Positions 50,551 to 60,219 of a DNA stretch of 64,000 bases are shown piece by piece. A program made the translations under genes and the position numbers. The stretch is from Verrucomicrobiota bacterium (GTDB lineage Bacteria; Verrucomicrobiota; Verrucomicrobiia; Limisphaerales; CANJXF01). The DNA is taken from assembly GCA_038214755.1 (NCBI GenBank), contig JBBQRQ010000015.1, positions 1-64,000 on the forward strand. Direction: 5' to 3'. The notes beneath the pieces were generated by a model. The model was not told the DNA's origin, ran no database searches, and saw only the letters and a list, made by a program, of their open reading frames with translations. The first letter of the stretch is position 1. Every line of letters starts with the position of its first letter.

Positions 50551-52380
50551 TTACTCCTCCACCGGCACGACCAGATTCTCCATGATGTAATCTTTTCGGT
50601 CCGGCGTGTTTTTGCCCATGTAAAAACTGAGGATGTCGGAGACGTTCGACTTGGGCGCGTGTTCCACCTGGCTTAAACGCATTTCTTTTCCGATGAATTG
50701 TTTGAACTCACTGGGATTGATTTCACCCAATCCCTTGAAGCGAGTGATTTCAGAACTTTTGCCGAGCTTCGTCGAAGCAGCGTCGCGCTCGGCTTCGCTG
50801 TAGCAATAAATCGTTTCCTGCTTATTCCGCACACGAAAGAGTGGCGTTTCCAAAACGTAAAGATGCCCGTCATGCACGAGTTGATCGAAGAAACGAAAAA
50901 AATAAGTGATGAGCAAATTGCGGATGTGCAATCCGTCCACGTCGGCGTCCGTCGCGAGGATGACTTTGTCGTAACGCAACCGTTCCATGTTGTCCTCGAT
51001 GTCGAGGCTGCGCATCAAATTATACATCTCGTCATTTTTATAAACGATGTCGCGCTTGAGGTCCCACACGTTGAGCGGCTTGCCTTTCAAAACAAAAATC
51101 GCCTGCATGTTCACGTCACGGCAACTCACGATGGAACCAGCGGCGCTCTGACCTTCGGTGATAAAAACCATCGAGCCTTTGCCTTTGCCCTTCGCTTTGT
51201 CGAAATGAACTTTGCAATCTTTAAGCTGCGGTATGCGGATGGTGATCGCTTTGGCGCGTTCGCGGGCGAGCTTCTTTACGTCCTGCAATTCCTTGCGGAG
51301 CTGCTGCGTGTCTTCGACTTTCGCGACAATTTTTTGCGCGACATCTTTGTTGCGATTAAAAAAGTGGAGCAGTTCTTCGCGAACTGTGTTCACCAGATCT
51401 GAACGAATTTCTGTGTTGCCCAATTTATTTTTCGTTTGCGATTCGAAGACGGGATCTTTCAACCGAATCGCTACCGCGCCGATCATGCACTCGCGCACGT
51501 CGTCGCCTTCAAATTTTCCCTTGGCATATTCGTTGACCGCTTTGAGCAACCCTTCGCGAAATGCGCTCAAGTGCGTGCCGCCGTCTGCCGTGTATTGCCC
51601 GTTGACGAAGGAGAAAAATGTCTCGCCGTAGCGGGTGTTCGTATGGGTGAAACAAAATTCGAGCGTCTTGCTCGTGTAGTGGAGCGGCGGATAAATCGGC
51701 TCGCTGTTGTCCGCCTTCAAATCTTCCAAAACCAAATCCATCAAGCCAAGGCGCGATTGAAAAGTTTGTCCGTTGAAAATTAATTTGAGGCCGCTGTTAA
51801 GATAACTGTAATGGCGCAACCGCTTCTCGATGATTTCCGAGCGGAAGGTTGAGTTCTTGAAAATCTCAGGGTCCGGCTCGAAACGAACGAACGTCCCATT
51901 CGGCTCTTTTGTTTTCCCTTTGCCTTCTTTTTTGAGTTTGCCCTGCTTGAAGAGCGCTTCGACAAATTCCCCGTCGCGATGGCTACGCACATAAAATTCT
52001 TTGGAGAGCGCATTGACTGCTTTCGTGCCGACGCCATTCAAGCCAACGCTGAATTGAAAAACGTCGTCGTTATATTTTGCGCCCGTGTTAATCTGAGAAA
52101 CGCACTCGATCACTTTGCCCAGTGGAATTCCCCGCCCGTAATCGCGCACCGAAACGATGCTGCCTTCAAGCGTGATCTCAATCTCCTTACCGTGGCCCAT
52201 AATGAATTCGTCGATCGTGTTATCGATCACTTCCTTCATCAGGATGTAGCAGCCATCATCGTGATCCGAGCCGTTGCCGATGCGGCCAATGTACATGCCA
52301 GTGCGCAATCGAATGTGCTCCAGCGAAGAGAGAGTTTTGATTTTGCTTTCGTCGTAAACTTGTTTTGGCTTTTCGGGCAT
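50551..52380 (-). CDS. parE: Type IIA DNA topoisomerase subunit B (topoisomerase IV ParE-like)
   Basis: EHIRLRTGMYIG, EVIDN, DYGRGIP, GLNGVG, FESQTK, TEGQSA, KGKPLN, TDADVDG, RFKGLGE; about 609 aa with no GyrB-type tail. Confidence 0.85.
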   Translation of the reverse strand: MPEKPKQVYDESKIKTLSSLEHIRLRTGMYIGRIGNGSDHDDGCYILMKEVIDNTIDEFIMGHGKEIEITLEGSIVSVRDYGRGIPLGKVIECVSQINTGAKYNDDVFQFSVGLNGVGTKAVNALSKEFYVRSHRDGEFVEALFKQGKLKKEGKGKTKEPNGTFVRFEPDPEIFKNSTFRSEIIEKRLRHYSYLNSGLKLIFNGQTFQSRLGLMDLVLEDLKADNSEPIYPPLHYTSKTLEFCFTHTNTRYGETFFSFVNGQYTADGGTHLSAFREGLLKAVNEYAKGKFEGDDVRECMIGAVAIRLKDPVFESQTKNKLGNTEIRSDLVNTVREELLHFFNRNKDVAQKIVAKVEDTQQLRKELQDVKKLARERAKAITIRIPQLKDCKVHFDKAKGKGKGSMVFITEGQSAAGSIVSCRDVNMQAIFVLKGKPLNVWDLKRDIVYKNDEMYNLMRSLDIEDNMERLRYDKVILATDADVDGLHIRNLLITYFFRFFDQLVHDGHLYVLETPLFRVRNKQETIYCYSEAERDAASTKLGKSSEITRFKGLGEINPSEFKQFIGKEMRLSQVEHAPKSNVSDILSFYMGKNTPDRKDYIMENLVVPVEE

Positions 52381-52559
52381 AAGAAAAAATGGATTAATCA
52401 CGACCGCTTGCAAATGAAGAAATGCGCCCGGCTTCGCAAGAATCCGATTAGCGAACGATGTTGACGCGGCTGGTCTTCCGAGGCTAGGGTTTTTCTCAAC
52501 CCAAGATATTTTGACTTCCCGAAAACACTTAGATGAAGACGCTCTTTGAACTTCTTCGT

Positions 52560-53342
52560 ATGCATGACACTCGTAACGTGCGTCGGTGCCGCGCAACTTC
52601 AAATGGCTTCACTTTGATCGAGCTGTTAGTGGTAATTGCTATCATCGCAATTCTGGCCGCGCTCCTTTTGCCTGCCTTGAGCAGCGCAAAAAACCGCGCC
52701 CAGCGCACAGTCGATCTGAATAACAACCGACAAATTCTTTTGTCCTCTCACATGTATTCCACCGATAATCGGGATTTGATGGCCAATTCCGGGTGGGGAA
52801 CGCTTAGCCCGAGTTGGGCCTACGACGCTAACATCGCCGCCAACAGCGGAACGTCGCCGGCAGGCTTCCCCATTGTTCTTGCCCAACAACTTAATTTTTT
52901 TCGGCGTGGTCAGATCTATCCTTATATTAAAACCGAAAAAGTTTTGCTTTGTCCGGCGGACAAGCTGGACAACAATTTTTATCAACGCGGCATTTTGTTT
53001 ACGAGCTACGTCTGGAACGGCGCGATCAATGGCTACGCGGACAATCGCTCCTACAAGGCGAGTGCCTTCAAGTCCGATCGCGTCTTGATGTGGGAAACGG
53101 ACGAGAAGACGCCTTTCTTTTTTAACGATAGTTCTAGTTTTCCAGATGAGGGAATGTCAGGTCGCCACGGGAAAACCGCCACCATCGGATTATTTGGTGG
53201 CAGCACTGAAAGCTTAAAAACGAATAAATGGTACTCTACGGATTTCGCCGGGCCTGCAGGGCAACGCGGCGCGTCCATTCCGGTGAATCGGTTGCCCAAT
53301 AGAGCGTGGTGCAGCCCGAAGACCGCTAATGGCCTTCGGTAA
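52560..53342 (+). CDS. Prepilin-type N-terminal methylation protein
   Basis: [30 protein letters not shown]-terminal [13 protein letters not shown] (H-X9-GG variant); start uncertain. Confidence 0.88.
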   Translation: MHDTRNVRRCRATSNGFTLIELLVVIAIIAILAALLLPALSSAKNRAQRTVDLNNNRQILLSSHMYSTDNRDLMANSGWGTLSPSWAYDANIAANSGTSPAGFPIVLAQQLNFFRRGQIYPYIKTEKVLLCPADKLDNNFYQRGILFTSYVWNGAINGYADNRSYKASAFKSDRVLMWETDEKTPFFFNDSSSFPDEGMSGRHGKTATIGLFGGSTESLKTNKWYSTDFAGPAGQRGASIPVNRLPNRAWCSPKTANGLR

Positions 53343-53356
53343 TCAATCAGTCGGTC

Positions 53357-53758
53357 ATGAAATTTTTTAAAGGCATTCGTTTTTTTCAAATTTCCTGTAT
53401 TTTGTTCTTGGCTGGAACATTCGTCGCGGGATGTGGCGACAAGAAAGTTGTTATTGAACCGAAGCCGCCGCGCCAGGAAATCAAATCGGGTTCGCCTTCC
53501 GTTGTTTCGCCCTTGAGCGTGTCGCCCGCAGTGGGCTGGAACGAAGTTGAAGTCGCGCTGAAAACACACGATTACGACAAAGCGACCGATGCGCTTCTCG
53601 CCCTTCAGACACAAAAGGGATTGAGCGAGCAACAAGCGGCTGCTGTCCAAAGCCAGATGCAAAAACTACAATCGAATTTGGCCGATGCCATCGCCAATGG
53701 AGATGCAAAAGCCAAAGCGGCCGCCGACAAACTCCGTCGCGCTTCCTTGGCCCGTTGA
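53357..53758 (+). CDS. Small helical lipoprotein
   Basis: VAGC lipobox; follows the prepilin-like gene. Confidence 0.75.
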   Translation: MKFFKGIRFFQISCILFLAGTFVAGCGDKKVVIEPKPPRQEIKSGSPSVVSPLSVSPAVGWNEVEVALKTHDYDKATDALLALQTQKGLSEQQAAAVQSQMQKLQSNLADAIANGDAKAKAAADKLRRASLAR

Positions 53759-53793
53759 GGAATTATTTTTCTTCAGGCAGAAATTGGAAACGC

Positions 53794-55794
53794 TCATTTG
53801 GCCCGAAGTTCCCATTTCTCATCGAAGAATCCTGCATCCACAATTTTCCCCGGCGCTTTCTGAGAGATGGGTTCATCCAGATCGACGATGGCGTAATCCG
53901 GCAACTTTGGGACCTGACGAGCGTTGCTCAAGTTATCATATTCGCGAAATGTAAAACCGCTGTTCAACACAACGTAGCGATTGGGGTTAAGCGGATTTGG
54001 AAAAATATAAATTGGCGCGTGATGTTCGGAGGAGAATTGTTGTTTTCCCACCGAAATGTTTTTCGCGTCCCAGCCAAGGGGCAGCCGGGATAAAATCTTC
54101 GCGAGAAGTTGGTTGCTCTGCGGATCTCCCCACAAAATTAAATTGCTCGACGCGATGTCGTCCGCAGAAATCTCCGAGTCCTTTTTCACGCGCGCTTCTC
54201 CGCGAAATTGACTGCGCCATTGATTGGTCGCGCGACGCATCTCGGCCTCAACCCATTGCCCGACTTTTTCGTTCAACGGTTTACCAGTTGGTCGAACCAT
54301 GACAAACGAATCCATGAATGCGTCATCGATTGGCCCTTGTAACCCGTGCCGCTTGCGAAGGGATTTGTCGTCGTCAGAAAGTAATTTCCACCCCTTTCCA
54401 TATTTTTGAAAACGGGCGCTCCAGGAGCGGTCAGAAAGAACCGCGTTCGCTCCCAGTTCTTTTCCGTCAACGACAACTCTCGGTTTCGCGGAATTATCCA
54501 ATGGACACAGACCGGGCGGCATGGAGAGCGTGAACGCCGAAACATTTTTTGTCGCCACGTTGATTTGATTCGGATTCACAATTTCCGCGTTCACGTCGCC
54601 GCGTTCCCAATGTTGCTCCAATCCATCCACCTTGACCCAAAGCATTTCGTTGTAGCGGAGCGTCCATGTGGTGAAGTGAACTTTATTCGGAACAGGATTT
54701 CGCCCCCGCGCCACGATCGAATCCATGCGCCGGTTAATTTCCTCTTTTGCGCGCGCCTCGTATTTGTGTTCGGTTTTAGGGCCGATGATGTGGGTCAGTT
54801 CCATGCCCTCCGCAGCGAGCGCTTTCGCTATCATGTCGGCGGCTTGTTTTTGTTTATCGATTTCGCCGCTGTAGGCAACCGTGGGACAATGGAAAAGATT
54901 CCTGGCGTAATCGGTTGAGTCGTAGAGATGCCAAAGTTTTTTTTCATACCAGGTGGGAATCAGCGTTTCGCCGTGAAATCCGCCAACGAAATAAAATGTT
55001 TCAGCGAAGCCCGCGCCGGGCGCCGCCGCGGCCCACAGTCCCGCATAATGCGTCGCGAATTGCCAGCAGGCTGCGCCGCCCATCGAAAATCCGCGAACGG
55101 AAATTCGATTTTCATCGATGAGATAATTCTTGCGAACATCGGCCAGCGCTTCGAACAAATCGATTTCGCCGGCAAATTTATTGGCGTTGCAATAGCGACC
55201 GTAGAGGTGAAGAACGAACGTGTTGGGCGGCGTGAATTCGCCGGGCGATTTTTGCCGGCCATTGATGAAGTCGAGTTCCGTTAGAGTTTCACCGCGACCG
55301 TGAAACCAAAAATCCAAACGAAATGGATGCGGAGAATTTGGCCGCCATGAATCGGGAACCACCAAACCGTACGGCTGCAGGGAGCCATCAATTTTGGAAA
55401 CGTAAGCTCGCACGACCAGACCCGTCGCCTTTGTCCAGGGCGCATTTCCTTCGCGCAAATTGGCAGCGCGCTCTTTCCCGTTTTTCAGCAGGGCGTGGGC
55501 GACGGCGACTTCGTTCGATTTATAAAACTCGTCATAGGCCAGTGCCCAATGAACGGCTTTGTGAAAAATTTCCACGTCGGGCAAAAGGAGCAGCGCCGGT
55601 TTAGCCGCGAGCGAAGCACGGAGAGATTCGATTTCATTTTTAAAATCGTTGGCGTCGCGTTCCAACTCAGCGCGGTCGGCGCGGGAAATGGCGATCCCCG
55701 GCGGAGGAATTTGCCGGACTTGATTTGTAGAATTTTCGGCGCGCGCGGCGAGAATGAAAAATACTGAAACGAGAAGGAGAGAATAAAACTTCAT
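53794..55794 (-). CDS. Secreted alpha/beta hydrolase (S9 peptidase/esterase-like)
   Basis: Signal peptide, FHGRG, nucleophile elbow GFSMGG. Confidence 0.8.
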   Translation of the reverse strand: MKFYSLLLVSVFFILAARAENSTNQVRQIPPPGIAISRADRAELERDANDFKNEIESLRASLAAKPALLLLPDVEIFHKAVHWALAYDEFYKSNEVAVAHALLKNGKERAANLREGNAPWTKATGLVVRAYVSKIDGSLQPYGLVVPDSWRPNSPHPFRLDFWFHGRGETLTELDFINGRQKSPGEFTPPNTFVLHLYGRYCNANKFAGEIDLFEALADVRKNYLIDENRISVRGFSMGGAACWQFATHYAGLWAAAAPGAGFAETFYFVGGFHGETLIPTWYEKKLWHLYDSTDYARNLFHCPTVAYSGEIDKQKQAADMIAKALAAEGMELTHIIGPKTEHKYEARAKEEINRRMDSIVARGRNPVPNKVHFTTWTLRYNEMLWVKVDGLEQHWERGDVNAEIVNPNQINVATKNVSAFTLSMPPGLCPLDNSAKPRVVVDGKELGANAVLSDRSWSARFQKYGKGWKLLSDDDKSLRKRHGLQGPIDDAFMDSFVMVRPTGKPLNEKVGQWVEAEMRRATNQWRSQFRGEARVKKDSEISADDIASSNLILWGDPQSNQLLAKILSRLPLGWDAKNISVGKQQFSSEHHAPIYIFPNPLNPNRYVVLNSGFTFREYDNLSNARQVPKLPDYAIVDLDEPISQKAPGKIVDAGFFDEKWELRAK

Positions 55795-55855
55795 CCGGGC
55801 TTTTTGGTCGAAGGCTGGAAAAGAAGCAATCTCCCTTTCCGGGTTTTGTCATCGC

Positions 55856-56013
55856 GCGCGCATCTTAGCACCACCACCAAAGTAGTGGGGCAGACATCTT
55901 GTCTGCCATCGGGGCTTCCAGCCCCAGGATTCGCGGGCAAGATGCCCGCTCAGACAGGCTGGAAGCCTGCTCCACTACACTGATCGGATTGGTGGTGGAG
56001 TCAGGATGCGCCC
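55856..56013. repeat. Composite palindromic element, family C (MITE/REPIN-like)
   Basis: Outer GCGCATC.../...GATGCGC arms; inner GTAG...CTAC unit (55882-55978) with four small hairpins; copies at 61880-62041 and, inverted, at 11199. Confidence 0.85.
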
Positions 56014-56157
56014 GTCGCATTTTATTTTGCGGAAAAATTATTGAATTAACCGACTGATTCTATTTGATGGTCGAGTTTCGCGCGACGCGAGAGGCGAATC
56101 TCTCCATTAGCGCAAAATGGCTTCATCGTTCTGGCGAAGACCGTTTCAACGAGCAAC

Positions 56158-58359
56158 GTGATAAATCTGCGAAATGTCCCAATCAAACGGAAGCTGACCA
56201 CAGTCATTATGTTGACGAGCAGCGTCGCGCTGATTCTCACCTCGGCCGCGTTCATCGGCTATGAACTGATCTCGCTCCGAAAAACGTCGCTCCAAAATGG
56301 CGAGGCGCTGGCGCAGGTCATCGCGGCGACCAGCAGCGCCGCGTTGCGGTTTGATGATGAAACATTCGGCACGGAAATGTTATCGAAGCTGGCGATCGAT
56401 CCGACGATTGTCATGGCGAGCCTTTACGACAACGACGGAAAGATACTGGGACGTTATCCAGCGGAACGACCGGCTGCGGATTTCCCAAAAATACGCGGGG
56501 CGGAAGGGCACGCTTTCAAAGGCGGCGCCGTGCGGATTTTTGTTCCGGTAAAAGAGAAAGGCGAACACCTCGGCACCTTGTTTCTGAAAATGGATTTGGA
56601 GACCATGTTCGAGCGGCTGCGCCTTTACGCGGGCATCACCTGCATTGTGCTGCTCAGTTGCTTTCTCGTCGCGCTGGCCGTCTCCAATTGGCTGCAAAGG
56701 AGTATTTCCGGGCCTGTTCTCGAACTGGCGGAAACGGCGAAAACAGTCTCGCTAAAAAAAGATTATCTGGTCCGGGCGCGCAAATATGGGAGCGATGAGT
56801 TGGGTCTTTTGACCGATGCGTTCAATCACATGCTCACGCAAATTCACGAGCGGGACGTTGCTCTGACGGAAAGCGAAACGCGGATGAGGGCGGTCCTGAA
56901 TTCTGCGGTCAGCGCCGTGGTGGTGATTGATTGCGCCGGCCTCATCATTGATTGGAATTCTCGGGCCGAGCAAATCTTCGGCTGGCCACGTCGGGAAGCG
57001 GTCGGACGATCTTTGGGCGAAACCATCATTCCTTCGCGTTATCGGGAGAGACATCAACGAGGGCTGAATCATTTCTTGGCCACGGGAGAAGGTCCCATCC
57101 TCAATCGTCTGATCGATATCACTGCCTTGCGCCGCGATGGGACCGAGTTCCCCGTGGAATTATCCATCAGCCCGATGAAAACCGGCAATGTCACGACGTT
57201 CTGCGGCTTCATCACCGACATTACGGAGCGCAAGCAAGCCGCCCAAGCGCTTTCATTGCTGGCAGCGATTGTGGAATCTTCTGACGATGCCATTATTGGA
57301 AAAGATTTATCGGGTACCATCGTCAGTTGGAACGCGGGAGCCGAACGGATGTTCGGTTACACTGCCGCCGAGGCCATTGGAAAAAAAAGCGCGATCCTGA
57401 TTCCTCCTGATCGACTCAAAGAAGAATCCATTGCTCTCGCCCACATCCAGGAGGGACGGCTTACCCATTTCGAGTCCGCGCGCGTGCGGAAGGATGGAAA
57501 ATCGCTTCACGTCTCGGTCACCATGTCACCCATCAAAAACGCCGAGGGGAAAATTATCGGCGTCTCCGCCAGTTCGCGGGATATTTCCGACCGCATCCGC
57601 GCCGAGGAAGAGATTCGCGCCTTGAATTTGCGATTGGAGGAACGCGTTTTGCAACGCACCGCGGAGTTGGAGGCCACTAACCGCGAATTGGAAGCATTTA
57701 CGTATTCTGTGTCTCACGATCTGCGCGCGCCGCTCCGGCATATTGATGCGTTCGCCCAGATTCTGGCGGATGAATTGAATGCCGGAATGACTGCGCAAGG
57801 CCGCAAATATATCGAGCGCATCCGGCACGGCGTGCAAAACATGGGTCAACTCGTTGATGATTTATTGAACCTCTCCCGCGTTGGCCGAATGGAAGTTCGC
57901 CACCGAACCATCAAGCTCAATGCCATCGTGGATGTAGTCCTCGCGGAAATGAAACCTGAAGCCGGTGCGCGCCAGATTAAATGGGTCCTGGGCGAGTTGC
58001 CCTCGGCCGTCTGCGATCCAGGATTGGTCAAACAAGTTTTTACAAACTTGATTTCCAACGCGGTCAAATACACCCGGCCACGCGAACAGGCGGTCATCGA
58101 AATCGGAAAACAAACTGAGGAGGGAGCGACGGCGATTTTCGTCCGCGATAATGGAGTCGGGTTCAACATGAAATATGCGGACAAACTTTTTGGAGTTTTT
58201 CATCGGCTCCATCGCGCTGAAGATTTCGAAGGCACGGGCGTGGGCCTGGCCACCGTGCAGCGCATCATTCATCTCCATGAAGGGCGAATCTGGGCCGAAG
58301 CCGAACTGGATAAGGGCGCAACTTTTTATTTTACTTTGCGCGGCATTTCATCAACCTGA
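56158..58359 (+). CDS. Sensor histidine kinase (periplasmic sensor, HAMP, 2xPAS, HisKA, HATPase)
   Basis: Two TMs, HAMP DELGLLTDAFNHM, two PAS (WNSRAE, WNAGAE), SHDLRAPL, NLISNAVKY, DNGVG, GTGVGL. Confidence 0.93.
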   Translation: MINLRNVPIKRKLTTVIMLTSSVALILTSAAFIGYELISLRKTSLQNGEALAQVIAATSSAALRFDDETFGTEMLSKLAIDPTIVMASLYDNDGKILGRYPAERPAADFPKIRGAEGHAFKGGAVRIFVPVKEKGEHLGTLFLKMDLETMFERLRLYAGITCIVLLSCFLVALAVSNWLQRSISGPVLELAETAKTVSLKKDYLVRARKYGSDELGLLTDAFNHMLTQIHERDVALTESETRMRAVLNSAVSAVVVIDCAGLIIDWNSRAEQIFGWPRREAVGRSLGETIIPSRYRERHQRGLNHFLATGEGPILNRLIDITALRRDGTEFPVELSISPMKTGNVTTFCGFITDITERKQAAQALSLLAAIVESSDDAIIGKDLSGTIVSWNAGAERMFGYTAAEAIGKKSAILIPPDRLKEESIALAHIQEGRLTHFESARVRKDGKSLHVSVTMSPIKNAEGKIIGVSASSRDISDRIRAEEEIRALNLRLEERVLQRTAELEATNRELEAFTYSVSHDLRAPLRHIDAFAQILADELNAGMTAQGRKYIERIRHGVQNMGQLVDDLLNLSRVGRMEVRHRTIKLNAIVDVVLAEMKPEAGARQIKWVLGELPSAVCDPGLVKQVFTNLISNAVKYTRPREQAVIEIGKQTEEGATAIFVRDNGVGFNMKYADKLFGVFHRLHRAEDFEGTGVGLATVQRIIHLHEGRIWAEAELDKGATFYFTLRGISST

Positions 58360-58370
58360 CTTTCTTAAAA

Positions 58371-58823
58371 ATGAATTCAGCCATCGAAGTATTGCTCGTG
58401 GAGGACAACCCCGATGATTTGGAATTGGCGCTGTTCGCCCTGAAGAAACACAATTTTGCCAACACCATCCACGTGGCGCGCGACGGGGAGGAAGCCTTGG
58501 ATTTTTTATTTTGTAGGAACGCCTACGCGGGCCGCAGTTTCGATCACCCGCCCAGAGTCGTGCTGCTCGATTTGAAATTGCCGAAGATCGATGGCCTGGA
58601 AGTTTTGCGCGCGATAAAAAACGATCCTCGTACCCAAGCCGTTCCGGTCGTGGTGATGACTTCCTCCAAGCAGCAGCGCGACATGATCGAAGGCTATAAA
58701 TTGGGCGTCAACAGTTACATTCAAAAACCAATCGATTTCGCTGAGTTCCGGGAAATCATTCGCCAGCTTGGCTACTACTGTTTGGCGATCAATCAGCCTC
58801 CACCTCCCGAAGCGTTTCAGTAA
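58371..58823 (+). CDS. Single-domain response regulator
   Basis: LLVEDN, LLDLKLP, MTSS, YIQKP. Confidence 0.93.
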   Translation: MNSAIEVLLVEDNPDDLELALFALKKHNFANTIHVARDGEEALDFLFCRNAYAGRSFDHPPRVVLLDLKLPKIDGLEVLRAIKNDPRTQAVPVVVMTSSKQQRDMIEGYKLGVNSYIQKPIDFAEFREIIRQLGYYCLAINQPPPPEAFQ

Positions 58824-58860
58824 CCACTCCGTCGCGTCGAAGGCGCAATCCAAATGCTCC

Positions 58861-58953
58861 TTTAACGCAGAGGTCGCAAAGGTTTTCGCAGAGGAGCGCA
58901 GAGAAACTGACCTTTGCGTCCTTTGCGAAAACCTCCGCGCCCTCTGCGTTGAA
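58861..58953. repeat. Palindromic intergenic repeat, family E
   Basis: AACGCAGAGGTCGCAAAGGTTTTCGCAGAGG...CCTTTGCGAAAACCTCCGCGCCCTCTGCGTT. Confidence 0.82.
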
Positions 58954-59130
58954 ATGGAGACTTCTCCAAGCAATGGGGAAAGATTCTATCGGAAATGCGC
59001 GATCTTTCAACGGGTCGCGCACAGACACCGAGTTGCCCAAATCGTTTTTCCAATCTCGGTGCCTCTGTGCCTCTGTGGTTCAACTACTTTGTTCGTTTGC
59101 AAATAGTAATCTCCGTTGCTCTCCGTTTTC

Positions 59131-59159
59131 TTGACAAGGCACGGGCGCATTTCTAAATT
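59131..59159 (+). promoter_or_regulatory. Sigma-70 promoter for tRNA-Ala
   Basis: TTGACA-17 nt-TAAATT ending 16 nt before the tRNA. Confidence 0.75.
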
Positions 59160-59175
59160 GCCGGACGATTCAGAT

Positions 59176-59251
59176 GGGGTCTTAGCTCAGTTGGTAGAGC
59201 ACCACAATGGCATTGTGGGGGTCATCGGTTCGAACCCGATAGGCTCCACCA
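59176..59251 (+). tRNA. tRNA-Ala(GGC)
   Basis: G3-U70 acceptor pair, CCACA-ATGGCAT-TGTGG anticodon arm, CCA end. Confidence 0.97.
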
Positions 59252-59507
59252 TTTCTGAAGTCCGCGTGAAGTTTTTCTCCAGCGAGGAATCTTGTGCCTC
59301 GCCTCCTTTTCTTCAACGCTCGCCGCAGAGAGTTTTCCGCGTTACCCCGTTCCCCCTTCCCCGTTCGACTATGGCTTCCCAAAAAAAAGAAGGAACAGTT
59401 TGAATCTAATCAGGGCCAGCGGTGTCTTACTCATTGCATTTGATCCGCGTAACGTGGATAGGTTTTCCCAAACCACACGTAACACGCACAATACCTCGTA
59501 ATCCCGC

Positions 59508-59542
59508 AAGGCTCCCGAGAGGTCGGGAGCCTTTTCTTTTTT
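59508..59542 (+). terminator. Intrinsic terminator with no evident upstream CDS
   Basis: AAGGCTCCCGA-GAGG-TCGGGAGCCTT followed by a T tract. Confidence 0.8.
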
Positions 59543-59595
59543 CCAGGAGAATTTCCAATTCACCAAGCATCTTTTTCTCGTGCTAATCTCAGACT

Positions 59596-60219
59596 GTGAA
59601 GCTGTGGAAAATTCTCATTCTCATTGTCTTGATTGCGGCAGGCATTTTCTTTTTCCGAAGCTGCCGAAAAATTGCTTATACCAATTTTCCGCCCCGCGCG
59701 ACCGGCCATTGGATCGCTTTCGGCGACAGTCTCACCGCCGGATTTGGCGCGTCACCGGGAAGTGATTACCCCACCTGGTTGAGCAAAAAGATTGGACGCC
59801 CTGTTCTGAACATGGGCATTCCAGGTGAGACGACGGAGAATGCGTTGGGGCGCGTGGAGGAAATTATCCGCCTCCAACCGCGAGTGGTCTTGCTCTGCTT
59901 CGGCGGCAACGACGGGTTGCAACAACTGCCGCTGGAAAAAACTTTCGCAAATCTTTCCGCGCTCGTCGATCGATTGCAGGCGGGCGGCAGTTTCGTGGTT
60001 TTGATTGGAGTTCGCAGCGCATCGATCCGAGACCGTTACAACAAGGAATTCAAAAAACTCGCGGCGAAAAAACAGGTTTTGTTTGTGCCGAATATTTTGA
60101 GCGGAGTTTTAGGGAGTCCAAATTTGATGTCGGATTACATCCACCCGAACGATGAAGGCTACAAAGCAATTGCGGACCGATTGGAGAAAATTCTGCGACC
60201 GCTTCTTCCGCAGTTGTGA
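59596..60219 (+). CDS. SGNH/GDSL hydrolase (arylesterase/TesA-like)
   Basis: FGDSLT, NMGIPGET, GGNDG, DYIHPN; N-terminal anchor. Confidence 0.92.
   Translation: MKLWKILILIVLIAAGIFFFRSCRKIAYTNFPPRATGHWIAFGDSLTAGFGASPGSDYPTWLSKKIGRPVLNMGIPGETTENALGRVEEIIRLQPRVVLLCFGGNDGLQQLPLEKTFANLSALVDRLQAGGSFVVLIGVRSASIRDRYNKEFKKLAAKKQVLFVPNILSGVLGSPNLMSDYIHPNDEGYKAIADRLEKILRPLLPQL

Noticed and set aside
44563..50760. Prophage, ICE or classical integron explanation for the cargo
   Set aside because: No integrase, phage, conjugation or attC-like features were seen; only the gene-tail remnants are supported.
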